Of a DNA stretch of 64,000 bases, positions 41,501 through 54,266 are shown in pieces. How positions within the stretch are numbered: the stretch's first letter is position 1; the number at the start of each line of letters is the position of its first letter. This stretch comes from Mobula birostris (lineage: Eukaryota). The position numbers and the translations under genes are program-made. The notes under the pieces were generated by a model. The model was not told where the DNA came from. It ran no database searches and saw nothing but the letters and a program-made list of their open reading frames with translations. Where the stretch lies: positions 98,417,604 through 98,481,603 of the forward strand of contig NC_092383.1 in the NCBI RefSeq assembly GCF_030028105.1. The letters run 5' to 3'.

Positions 41501-42907
41501 CAAGAAAGGGAGTAGGGATAGCCCAGGCTGTCATAGGCCAGTGCGTCTTAATTCAGTGGTTTGTAAGATGATGGAGAAGATCCTGAGAGGAAGGATTTAT
41601 GAACATTTGGAGAGACATAATATGACTAGGAATAGTCAGCATGGCTTTGTCAAAGGCAGATCATGCCTTACGAGCCTAATTGAATTTTTTGAGGATGTGA
41701 CTAAACACATTGATGAAGGTAGAGCAGTAGATGTGGTGTATATGGATTTCAGCAAGGCATTTGATAAGGTATCCCATGCAAGGCTTATTGAGAAAGTAAG
41801 GAGGCGTGGGATCCAAGGGGTCATTGCTTTGTGGATCCAGAACTGGCTTGCCCACAGAAGGTAAAGAGTGGTTGTAGACGGGTCATTTTCTGCATGGAGG
41901 TCAGTGACCAGTGGTGTGCCTCAGGGATCTGTTCTTGGACCCTTACTCTTTGTAATTTTTATAAGTAACCTGGATGAGGACGTGGAAGGAATGGGTTAGT
42001 AAATTTGCTGATGACACCAAGGTTGAGAGTGTTGTGGATAGTGTGGAGGGCTGTCAGAAGTTACAACGGGACATTGAAAGGACGCAAAACTGGGCTGGGA
42101 AGTAGCAAATGGAGTTCAACCCAGATAAGTGTGAGGTGGTTCATTTTGGTAGGTGAAATATAATGGCAGAATATAGCATTAATAGTAAGACTCTTGGCAG
42201 TGTGGACGATCAGAGGGATCTTGCGGATCCGAGTCCATAGAACACTCAAAGTTGCTACACAGTTTGACTCTGTGGTTAAGAAGGCATACAGTGCATTGGC
42301 CTTCATCAATCGTGGGATTGAGTTTAAGAGCCGGGAGGTAATGTTGCACCTATATAGGACCCTGGTCAGACCCCACTTGGAGTATTGTGCTCAGTTCTGG
42401 TTGCCTCACTACAGGAAGGACGTGGAAACCATTGAAAGGGTGCAGAGGAGATTTACAAGGATGTTGCCTGGATTGGGGAGCATGCCTTACGAGAATAGGT
42501 TGAGTGAACTCGGCCTTTTCTCCTTGGAGTGATGGAGGATGAGAGGTGACCTGATAGAGGTATACAAGATAATGAGAGGAATTGATCGTGTGGATAGTCA
42601 GAGGCTTTTCCCCAGGACTGAAATGGCTAACACGAGAGGGCACAGGTTTAAGGTGCTGGGGAGTAGGTACAGAGGAGATGTCAGGGGTAAGTTTTTTATG
42701 CAGAGCGTGGTGAGTGCGTGGAATGGGGTGCCGGAGGCGGATACGATAAGGTCTTTTAGGAGACTCCTAGATGGCTTCATGGAGCTTAGGAAAATAGAGG
42801 GCTATAGGTAAGGCCTAGGTAGTTCTAATGTAGGGATATATTCAGCACAGCTTTGTGGGCCGAAGGGCCTGTATTGTGCTGTAGGTTTTCTATGTTTCTA
42901 TGTTTCT
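38520..42907 (+). mobile_element. Second near-full-length CR1 LINE, inactivated
   Basis: ORF1 VIGDS..GIND..DGLL; APE remnant YFNARS; RT 41397-41864; tail TTTCTATGTTTCTATGTTTCTA. Confidence 0.92.
39870..40698. mobile_element. Solo LTR (TG..CA) with 4-bp TSD
   Basis: TSD CCTT at 39866-39869 and 40699-40702; removing it restores the CR1 sequence. Confidence 0.8.
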
Positions 42908-42941
42908 AAATCACAGGCAGGTGTAAGAATGACAGGGCTAT

Positions 42942-44130
42942 TGTCGTGGGACTTCAACTTCCTCTTAGTGACTGGGACCGCTGGGCAGTGAAAGGCAGAG
43001 GGAGTAGAATAGTTGAATGTGTGACACGAGGTGACTGGAGAAACGGGAGATGAAATCACCAGCCTGAGCTTGGAAACATGTAACTCTGGTTAAATCTTTA
43101 TTGATGATGATAGGTGCTATCTTTGAGACCCTGTTGATAACCTGCTCCTCTACGATTGGCCTCACGAGGCGAGGGGCCAACTTGCGACTCTCTTGTTTTC
43201 AATGGAAGGCATTTAGACGCCAGCCAGACTCCCCCCCCCCCCCCCCCCACTAGCTCGGGCGGCCTCGCCTGTCTCCGGAGCCGTTCGACCTGCCGGGCAT
43301 ATTGTTTCTGGGTGCACGGAAGGGAAGCCCTGGCCCTTCTGCACGTGGGCTAGTAGCACTGTAACTGGTTTGCACCAAGGAATCCCATGTCAATCTCTTG
43401 TTCAGGGTAGAGGGGTGGCTGGAATCCCTTGTGGCATTCAAAGGGGGCATGGCAGTGGACGACCACTGGAGGTTATTCTGGGCAATCCCTGCCCAAACCA
43501 GTTGAGGGATCCAGAACGTGAGGTTGGACAGTGCAGGGTTGTCTCCACCTCGTGATACACTCTCTCAGGCCGGCCGTTGGACTGGGGGTAGAAAACTGGT
43601 CCACAACTACCAGAGTGGTAGTGTTCCCATCTGACAGAGACAGACCAGTGATTAAATCCACTAAGAGCTGGGACCAGGGGCGGCGAGGCATAGGCAACGG
43701 GTAAAGTAGACCCATAGGGAGTCTTGTTCTGGGCACAATTAGGACAGGCAGCGACGAAATGGTGGACATATTGGGGCACCAAAATCGTCTTCTTATAATT
43801 TCCAGAGTCGGTTGAATCCACGACTAGACGGAAGAATGAACCCTCTCCAGCACTCTGGGGCGCACAGTGGCAGAGACAAACAGCCGGTAGCGAGTTGTCC
43901 CATTTCGGCCTAGATCCGATCGCTGGGGAGCCTTTTCCTCTGTTTCTGTTCCGTAGATTATTCAAGCAGCTATACTGAAAGCTAGGAAGGATGAGATCGG
44001 GATTGGCGATGTCCTCAAAGATATCAGACCGGCGGGAGAGAGCAGCGGCCTTAATATTCTTGCTGCCAGGACAGTATGTGAGGGCGAAATTAAATTGGGT
44101 GAACAAGAGAGCCCAACGGGGTTGACGGAA
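42942..44130 (-). mobile_element. Gypsy LTR retrotransposon fragment (RNase H end, deleted integrase, 3' LTR part)
   Basis: RQPRWALLFTQFNFALTYCPGSKN..ALSR; [37 protein letters not shown]; C-run 43229-43248 is PPT-like on the minus strand. Confidence 0.82.
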
Positions 44131-44134
44131 GTTG

Positions 44135-46525
44135 AATCTCTTGGCGTTACGAATGTCAGAAACAGCGAAAAGTAAGATACAAGCTGGAATAGGTAAAGAA
44201 CAATGTGGTTTTGTGAAAGACAAAGGTACAAGAAACGCAATATTGATGTTAAGGATACTATTAGAACGAGCTTTTCAAGTGCAAAAGGATTTGTTTGTTT
44301 TATCGACTACACAAAAGTCAAGTCAAGTCACTTTTGTTGCCATTTCAGCCATAACTGCTGGTACAGAACACAGTAAAAATGAGACAACGTTTTCAAGACC
44401 ATGGTGCTACCTGAAACAATACAAAAACTACACTGGACTGTGTAAAACAACACAAAAACTACACTAGACTACAGTCCTATCCAGGACTGCATAAAGTGCA
44501 CAAAACAGTGCAGGAATTACAATAAATAATAAACAAGACAGTACGAACAGTAGAGGGTATACCAGGTTGGTGCCAGTCCAGGGTCTGGGTACTGAGAAGT
44601 CTGATGGCTTGGGGGAAGAAACTGTTACATAGTCTGGTCGTGACAGCCCGAATGCTTTGGTGCCTTTTTCCATATGGCAGGAGGGAGAAGAGTTTATATG
44701 AGGGGTGCGCGGGGTCCTTCACAATGCTGTTTGCTTTACGGATGCAGCGTGCGGTGTAAATGTCTGTGATGGCGGGAAGAGAGACCCCGATGATCTTCTC
44801 AGCTGTCCTCACTATCCACTGCAGGGTCTTGCAATCCGAGATGGTGCAATTTCCGAACCAGGCAGTGATGCAGCTGGTCAAGATGCTCTCGATACAACCT
44901 CTGTAGAATGTGGTGAGGATGGGGGGTGGGAAATGGACTTTTCTCAGCCTTCGCAGGAAGTAGAGACGCTGTTGGCTTTCTTTGCTATGGAGCTGGTGTT
45001 GAGGGACCAGGTGAGATTCTCCGCCAGGTGAACACCAAGAAATTCGGTGCTCTCAACGATTTCTACCGAGGAGTCGTCGATGTTCAGCGGAGAGTGGTAG
45101 CTCCGTGTCCTCCTGAAGTCAACAACCATTTCTTTTGTTTTGTTCACATTCAGAGACAGGTTGATGGCTCTGCACCAGTCCGTTAGCCGCTGCACCTCCT
45201 CTCTGTATGCTGACTCATCGCTCTTGCTGATGAGACCCACCACGGTCGTGTCATCGGCGAACTTGATGATGTGGTTCGAGCTGTGTGTTGCAGCACAGTC
45301 GTGGGTCAGCAGAGTGAACAGCAGTGGACTGAGCACACAGCCCTGGGGTGCCCCCGTGCTCAGTGTGATGGTGTTGGAGATGCTGCTTCCAATCCGGACT
45401 GACCGAGGTCTCCCAGTCAGGAAGTCTAGGATCCAGGTGCAGAGGGAGGTGTTCAGGCCCAGTATTTGATAAAGTGAAGCTCAGTAACTTATTTGAAATA
45501 TTACAGAAAACTCGAGATCTAGATTCGAGAGACCTTCTCCTAATCAGAAATCTGTACTGGGAACAAACTGCCGCTGTAAGAATAGATGGAGAAGTGAGTC
45601 AGTTTACAAAAATCAAGAGAGGCGTTAGACAAGGGTGTGTTTTCTCCCCTGATTTATTTAATGTGTACAGTGAAACAATATTACAAAAAATAAGAGACAT
45701 CTTGGGAATCAAAGTTGGCGGTGAAAACATCATTAATATCAGATATGCAGATGACACTGTGTTAGTTACAAGTATGGAGGAAGAACTACAAAACTTAATT
45801 GATATAATTGTTGAAGAAAGTGCAAAAATGGGTCTATCTATCAATTGCAAAAAGACAGAATGTATGGTGATATCCAGAAAGAAGGAGTATCCTATCTGCA
45901 GACTGGAAATGAACGGGGAAGACATAAAACAAGTAAAGAACTTTTGCTACTTAGGAAGCTGGGTGACGTCAGATGGCAGGTGCGACATGGACATCAAAAG
46001 AAGAATAGGGATGGCAAAAGGCATCTTTATGAGAATGAAGAGTATACTGACCAATACTAAACTAGGCATGACAACCAGCCTCAGAGTACTGAAACGTTTA
46101 TCCAGTTATGTAATATTGCTCAGAATGTTGGACAATATCTAGTAACATGAGGAAACGAATTGAAGCAGCACAGATGTGGTTCTTGAGGAGGATGCAAAGA
46201 ATATCATAGACGAAACGACTATCTAACGAGGATTTCATGAACAGAGCAAACACGAAAAGAGAAATAATGTATGAGATCATGAAAAGGCAACGTAACTTCA
46301 TTGGACATGTGATTAGGAAAGAGGAGTTAGAATGCACGGTAATTATGAGAAAGATTGAAGGGAAGAAAGCAAGAGGAAGGCAAAGACAAATGATGATGGA
46401 GACAACATCCAGAGAACTGAAAATGAATACCAATGAATTGATCCACTTGACCCGAAACAGGAGTGTGTGGGCCATGGCAAAGCTGAAACTGGGCACGGCA
46501 CCTGATGATGTTAATGATGATATAG
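44135..46525 (+). mobile_element. 5'-truncated RTE-clade LINE
   Basis: EQCGFVKDKGTRNAI, GVRQGCVFSPDLFN, RYADDTVL, FCYLGS; (GAT)n tail ~46503-46521. Confidence 0.88.
44317..45463 (-). mobile_element. Rex1/Babar-like LINE inserted in the RTE
   Basis: [33 protein letters not shown]; (GACTT)n tail; splits host FIDYTKAFDKV. Confidence 0.88.
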
Positions 46526-47085
46526 GACCCTGGTCAGACCCCACTTGGATTACTGTGCTCAATTCTGGTCGCCTCACTATAGGAAGGACGTGGAAACCAT
46601 CGAAAGGGTGCAGAGGAGATTTACAAGGATGTTGCCTGGATTGGGGAGTATGCCTTATGAGAAAAGGTTGAGTGAACTCGGCCTTTTCTCCTTGGTGCGA
46701 CGGAGGATAAGAGCCGACTTGATAGAGGTGTACAAGATAATGAGAGGCTTTAATCGTGTGGATAGTCAGAGGCATTTCCCCAGGGTTGAAATGGTTAGCA
46801 CGAGAGAGCATAGTTTTAAGGTGCTTGGAAGTAGGCACAGAGGAAATGTCAGGGGTAAGTTTTGATGCAGAGAGTGGTGAGTGCGTGGAATGGGCTGCCG
46901 GAGACGCTAGTGGAGGCGGAATCAATAGGGTCTTTTCAGAGACTCCTGGTACATGGAGCTTAGAAGAATAGAGGGCTATGGGTAAAGCCTAGGTAGTTCT
47001 AAGGTAGGCAGATGTTCGGCACAGCTTTGTGGGCCAAAAGGGCTATATTGTGCTGTATGTTTTCTGTCTTTCTATGTTTCTATAT
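46526..47085 (+). mobile_element. CR1 3' fragment
   Basis: [14 protein letters not shown]..; family tail. Confidence 0.88.
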
Positions 47086-47194
47086 TGATGTAATTGTGAA
47101 ATACCTTTTAATTAACTATGGATTAATGAATATAATCCATACATTTTCTAAATAATAAACCATTTTCCACCATTTTCTATGGTGGATTTGTGTG

Positions 47195-48465
47195 TGGAAG
47201 GTCATGTTTGACAAATCTTATTGAAGTTTTTGATGAGGTTACTAAGAAGGTTGACGAGGGTAAAGCGGTGGATGTTGTCTGTGTGGACCTCATGGGGCCT
47301 TTGACAAGGTTCCACACCGAAGGTTAGTTAGGAAGGTTCAATCGTTAGACATTAATACGGAAGTAGTAAAATGGATTCAGCAGTGGTTGGATGGGAGACT
47401 CCAGAGAGTAGTGGTGGATAACTGTGTGTCAGATTGGAGGACGGTGTGTAGCATGTGCCTCAGGGATCTGTACTGGGTCCAGTGTTGTTTGTCATATATA
47501 TTAATGATCTGGATGATGGGGTGGTAAATTGGATTAGTAAGTATGCAGATGATACTAAGATAGGTGGCGTTGTGGATAATGAGGAAGGTTTTCAAAGCTT
47601 GCAGACAGATTTAGGATAGTTAGAAGAGTGGGCTGAAAGATGGCAGATGGAGTTTAACGCTGAAAAATATGAGGTGCTACATTTTGGTAGGACTAATCAA
47701 AATAGGACATACATGGTAAATGGTAGGACATTGAAGAATGCTGTAGAACAGAGGAATCTAGGAATAATGGTGCATAGTTCCCTGAAGGTGGAATCCCATG
47801 TGGTTAGGGTGGTGAAGAAAGTTTTTGGTATGCTGGCCTTTATTAATCAGGGTATTGAGTATAGGAGTTGGGATGTAATGTTGAAATTGTATAGGGCATT
47901 GGTGAGGCCAAATTTGGAGTAATGTGTACAGTTCTGGTCACCGAATTATAGGAAAGATGTCAATAAAATTGAGATAGTAAAGAGGAGGTTTACTAAAATG
48001 TTGCCTGGGTTTCATCTCCTAAGTTACAGAGAAAGGTTGAACAAGTTAGGTCTTTATTCTTTGGAGCGTAGAAGGTTGAGGGGGGAACTTGATAGAGGTA
48101 TTTAAAATTACGAGGGGGATTGATAGAGTTGACGTGGTTAGACATTTTCCATTGAGAGTGGGGAAGATTCAAACAAGAGGGCATGGGTTGAGAATTAGAG
48201 GAAAAAAGTTTAGGGGTAACATGAGGGGGAACTTCTTTACTCGGAGAGTGGTAGCTGTGTGGAATGAGCTTCCAGCAGAAGTGGTTGAGGCAGGTTCGAT
48301 GTTGTCATTTAAAGTTAAATTGGATAGATATATGGACAAGAAAGGAATGGAGGGTTATGGGCTGAATGCAAGTCGGTGGGACTAGGATAGGGTAAGAGTT
48401 CGGCATGGACTAGAAAGGCCGAGATGGCATGTTTCCGTGTTGTAATTGTTATATGGCTATATGGT
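47195..48465 (+). mobile_element. 5'-truncated CR1
   Basis: RT C-terminal remnants with YADDT region; tail GTTATATGGCTATATGG. Confidence 0.88.
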
Positions 48466-48591
48466 TAATCTTTCCTTTGAAATATCTCGGAGCTTCAACG
48501 AATTTACATTGTCATCGTCACTCCTCGTCGAATGCGTCGGTTTTCCCCGCGTGCGACGGTTTCCTCCTACATTCCAAAGACGTAGAGGATA

Positions 48592-51500
48592 CTAGACAAC
48601 CGGGTGATCCGTTGAGAGAAAGGGAGTACAGTGTAATATGATGTGCTTTGGAAATTAAAGAAGAAAAACTCAGTGTATTAAAGAAGAAAGACGTGTAGCA
48701 AGACAAATATTGGTCCTCCTCGTTTAACGAAGGACACTTCTTGTGACCACATTTCTGGTTGATCTGCCACTCTTCAGGAATACTCTAACGTTTTCATTTC
48801 TTTTTCCCCCGGTTAGAGCCACATACAGCTGACCATGCTGAAATACAGTACCGGTTTCTCCAAATAAACCAACACATTCTCCATGGTTTGGCCTTGCGCC
48901 TTATGTATAGTCATAGCAAAGCATGCCTGTATCGGGAACTGGCTCCGCTGAAGAGGGACATCTTCCCCTTCTGATAAACTGAGAGTAATTCTTGGGATCA
49001 TGAAAATGTCAGTTTTGAATGCACCAATGTTTATCTTTGCTACAATAAGATTGTCGTGCAGTTCTTCCAACGTCATCGTGTTCCATTGCAAAGCCTTGGT
49101 GGATCCAAGTTCCTCACTGTAATGATGGGAGATCCCCTCTTCAATTCCAGTTTATGTGGTGGCAATCCAGAGAGTTCGACAGAATCAAGGAATTCTGTAG
49201 GAAAATGAGTGGTGTTAGCTCCTTCACTTACGGCATTGAAGGAGCAGTATTCTTTCATGATTCCAGGGAAGTGCCTAATTCATGTGAAGTTTATTTTTCG
49301 CATCATTTCATTAAGAGGAACCAAGATAGAATTGCTCGAGAAGAGTTCTGCAGGATTGTCGAATGTCGGGCAGGTGAGATCAATGCATTCTTCCATAGTT
49401 GTTGCTGATATAATCATATCTTCAGCTAATTCGATTTCATTGTTTTCATTTTTCTCAATCTTGTCTTCTCCAACATCCAATAAGAACTGAGAATATCGTC
49501 CTTCTCCCTCACCCAATCGCATGTTTCTCTTCAATTGAAACTTGACGAATCTTCTCCATAAGTACGATTTTTTAATGCATGAATTCTCCATATCAGCATC
49601 ATTTCCGCGTTTCACAACTGCTAGAAGTTAAAATACCCCCAAAGGCCTCATTCTTGCCACATACATCACGAAGAGTGCGGACCACGGCTTCAAAGCTCTC
49701 CCGCCTAATCATGGGGCACTCATTCCAGACAATAAGCCTCGCATTTTGGAGTAAATTGCAGTATTGATGTTTTTATCGACGTTACAAAGGGCATCTTCAT
49801 TGACTTTGAGGGGTATCTTGAATCTTGAATGCACTGTCCTACCACCAGGCATCAATGTTGCTGCAATACCTGATGATGCTACAGCAACAGCAACACCTCC
49901 ATCTCCCCTAACTTTAGCGAGGAACTAGTTGATGATAAATGTCTTGCTCATTCCTTCTGGTGCATCAATGAAAATCATTGAAGAGAGATTCCTTTCCAAG
50001 CAGTTGCACACATATTCATATACTTCCCTTTGCTCATTATTCAATAGAGGTTCCTTCTGTGAAACAAATTCCTGCTGTTCATCTCTGTTGTATTGCAGTT
50101 CACGCAATAATTCCAGATTGTCAGCACTTTGAGTAATTGTACCGTTTCTTGGAGTTGGCAGGTTATATTCTTCAAGTGTTTTGCCCAAGTTCTCAAGTTT
50201 CTCTCGTAAATACAGAAGAGTTTGTCTATAATGCCTCTCATCGATCATCATATTAGGATCATTGATAGTTCTCCTCTCTATTTGTAAGAAATCTTCAGAT
50301 ATTGCATTCTTGAACCGGTTCCATAATTGCTGTGGATTGTTGATTTCAGTGTTTGTTAGCACTGAAACGACAAACAAATCTCTCATTGCTCTGGGCATTC
50401 TTGTTCTCTCTGCCTCTTTCATAGCTTGCTGCCAATGATCGTCAGCTTGCAACAATCCTCTCTCTCTGCAGACGTCTTTGAATGATGGAGAGATATCTCC
50501 ATCATGTGTTTTCAATGATTGGAAAGACACTGGTCCCTTTGTGTGATGGAGAAGAAGTCTCAAATAGTAGAGGTCACCACTTCGACCCAGAACATTTGCT
50601 TCAAAAATGCCGGAGTACTCCTCCACTCTTTTCCCCATTCTCCTTCTTTCCCATCTCCTATTAGTCCACGTGTAGAATCTGGGAATATCCGCATAGTACA
50701 GGGTTCTTGCAAATGGATCGCGAGTGCAAAGATCCATGAATTCCGTTAGTTCTTGACATGTCATTACTCAGTTGTACAGCAACATTATCTCGAAAGAACA
50801 CTTGATGCTGTTGGGGAAGGTGAACTTGAAGGAGAACAACGGCTGGTTCCCGCTCTTGAATTGGAAATCCAGTATCAATCCGACAGCTTCAGAGGGCCCA
50901 GTGTATCCGCCTGTCAAATACTGTGTGATTTCGTTTTCTCTATTCACTCCAAAAATTGCCCGATGACGCCCCTTCATGGTATATTTGATCACGTATCTGA
51001 TGGACTTGACAGATGAGCATATTTCTACATTAGATGACAATTGAAAAATTTTATTAGTTGGGCATTATAGGGGACCACCCTTTCAGAAGTTATAGTTCGA
51101 CTTTGTCGTCCTACGTGATGACCTTCGAATCCTCCCTTTTACAGACTGTCTCCTATACACCGGATATGAATCATCCCCACACCTTGTATGCTCAATAAAT
51201 GGCATCGTGTACCACTTACTGCATGTACCATTTTGCCAACACGGTGACTTAGTGGTGCAATACGGACCATGTATCATGTGCTTCAATACTAATTCATGCA
51301 GCTCGGGATCTTCATTTGGGTCTGGTACTACTGCTTGAACGAATTTATCATACTCTTGTGGTCTTGGCTTGGATGTCTCATCGAGCCACGGCAGACAGTG
51401 CAAATGAGGCAGACCCCGCTTTTGGTATTCGATACTTAGAAACCATAGAAACACTACAGCACAGAAACAGGCCTTTTGGCCCTTCTTGGCTGTGCTGAAC

Positions 51501-54266
51501 CATTTTCTGCCTAGTCCCACTGACCTGCACACGGACCATATCCCTCCATACACCTCCCATCCATGTATCTGTCCAATTTATTCTTAAATGTTAAAAAAGA
51601 ACCCGCATTTACCACCTCGTCTGGCAGCTCATTCCATACTCCCACCACTCTCTGTGTGAAGAAGCCCTTCCTAATGTTCCCTTTAAATTTTTCCCCCTTC
51701 ACCCTTAACCCATGTCCTCTGTTTTTTTTCTCCGCTTGCCTCAGTGGAAAAAGCCTGCTTGCATTCATTCTATCCATACACGTCATAATTTTATATACCC
51801 TCTATCAAATCTCCCCTCATTCTTCTACGCTCAGGGAATAAAGTCCTAACCTATTCAACCTTTCTCTGTAACTCAGTTTCTCAAATCCCGGCAACATCCT
51901 TGTAAACCTTCTCTGCACTCTTTCAACCTTATTTATATCCTTCTGTAATTTGGTGACCAAAACTGAACACAATACTCCAGATTCGGCCTCACCAATGCCT
52001 TATACAACCTCATCATAACATTCCAGCTCTTACACTCAGAACTTTGATTAATAAAGGCCAATGTACCAAAAGCTCTCTTTATGACCCTATCTACCTGTGA
52101 CACCACTTTTAGGGAAATTTGTATCTGTATTCCCAGATCTCTCTGTTCCACTGCACTCCTCAGTGCCTTACCGTTTACCCTGTATGCTCTACCTTGGTTT
52201 GTCCTTCCAAAGTGCAATACCTCACACTTGTCTGTATTAAACTCCATCTGCCATTTTTCAGCCCATTTTTCCAGCTGGTCCATATCCCTCTACAAGCTTT
52301 GAAAACCTTCCTCACTGTCCACTACACCTCGAATCTTTGTACCAACAGCAAATTTGCTGATCCAATTTACCACATTATCATCCAGATCATTGATATAGAT
52401 GACAAATAACAATGGACCCAGCACTGATCCCTGTGGCACACCACTAGTCACAGGCCTCCACTCTGAGAAGCAATCCTCTACTACCACTCTTTGGTTTCTT
52501 CCATTGAGCCAATGTCTAATCCAATTTACCACCTCTCCATGTATACCTAGCGACTGAATTTTCCTAACTAACCTCCCATGCGGAACCTTGTCAAAGGCCT
52601 TACTGAAGTCCATGTAGACAACATCCACTGCCTTCCCTTCATCCACTTTCCTGGTAACCTCCTCGAAAAACTCCAATAGATTGGTCAAACATGACCTACC
52701 ACGCACAAAGCCATGTTGACTCTCCCTAATAAGTCCCTGGCTATCCAAATGCTTGTAGATCCTGTCTCTTAGTACTCCCTCCAATACCGACGTCAAACGT
52801 ACCGGCCTATAATTTCCTGGATTACTTTTCGATGCTTTTTTAAACAACGGAACAACATGAGCCACTCTCCAATCCTCTGGCACTTCACCCGTTGACACCA
52901 ACATTTTAAATATATCTGCCAGGACCCCTGCAATTTCAACACTAGTCTCCTTCAAGGTCCGAGGGAACACCCTGTCAGGTCCTGGGGATTTATCCATTTT
53001 AATTTTCCTCAAGACAGCAAGCACCTCCTCCTTTTCAATTTGTACAGTATCCATGATCTCACTACTTGTTTCCCTTAATTCCATAGACTTCATGCCAGTT
53101 TCCTTAGTAAATACAGATTCAAATAAAACATTTAAGATCTCCCCCATTTCTTTTGGTTCCGCACAAAGCCGACCACTCTGATCTTCAAGAGGACCAGTTT
53201 TATCCCTTACAATCCTTTTGCTCTTAATATACCTGTAAAAACTCTTTGGATTATCCTTCACTTTGGTACATCTTTTACAATGTAAGCGATGCACCTACCA
53301 AAGAGACCATCTGTTCCAGTGAGGTACTTCACAAACAACTTTCTCTTCAAGTCAAACACTCCCGCGATTAAATCTGGCCGATCATTTGGTGGCTGATGCC
53401 AAAAAAGATGCTGTCGGATTTCGGGCCAGTTTGGATTGCATGTCATTGTAATGAACAATGAGGCGTTACCATACTTCCGTATATACATCTTGGAGTCCTG
53501 ACATCGTTCCATCTCGTATCTCGGTCCGACAAATGTTGAGGAGAGGATGATGCACCTTCCGATGTTTCTGAAATCATCGTCATCATTCAATGTATCAGTC
53601 AGGCCTCTGTATGTTGTTGATCTCAAGGTTGCTTGATTCCTTTAGCTCAGCCTCTCGCCTTCAATCTTAGCAGCCATACCGACCAGGTATTGTTGGAATA
53701 GATGTCCTCCTTTGAGAAGGTAATTAAACTCATTCTCATGGTTCATTATTCGATATGAATAATAACGCATTGCCGTCAGTTTCTTCTTGTTCGTCATTCG
53801 GAGTTGATAATGCCAGCCATCGTCTCCAAGTGGAAAGAAAAGTACGCATTGAAAACTGTCATATGAGCGATGGGACTCTGAGATTATTTGCAAATCAGCT
53901 GCTCGTTCTTTCAACACAATGTGCCGTGATCTTACTTCAGGTTCGGTGCTGTTCGGTATAATGACAGTGACTTCGTTGGCAATTTGTGCATTAAATCTCC
54001 TCTCACGTTCAAATGCCGGTCTCCGGTCAGGATCAGTGAGAATGGACGCCTCTGGCATGCCTCGAATTTGTTCTTTTGCAAGTTGAAGGGATGTAATGTA
54101 CGGGTTTCGTTGTCATGGTAGGTTTTCCAATAATTCAACAATCTCACGTTGAGTTCCATCATTCTGGGGTATCCCCATTATCAATTCCACGCTGTCTTGA
54201 GGATCCATGAAGTAAATTTGAAGGAATAGGGCTTGCTGGTTGGGGTCTGGCATTAAATGTCCGATG
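48592..54266 (-). mobile_element. Decayed Helitron (Rep-PIF1 helicase), 5' end missing
   Basis: LQIYFMD, HRSYDSFQCVLFFPLGDDGW, FQQYLV, LFITMTCNPNWPEI, IEYQKRGLPHLH, IKYTMKG, DAPEGMSKT, GLPPHKLELKRG..CNGTR, FAMTIHKAQGQT, HGQLYVAL; stop 48724-48726; candidate 3' CTAG at 48592-48595. Confidence 0.92.
51437..53275 (-). mobile_element. 5'-truncated CR1 inserted in Helitron Rep
   Basis: 334-aa RT ORF 52290-53294; tail TAGAAACCATAGAAAC at 51437. Confidence 0.93.

Noticed and set aside
47195-53275. Inverted CR1 pair as a composite transposon
   Set aside because: Independent 5'-truncated copies of a common family; no shared TSD
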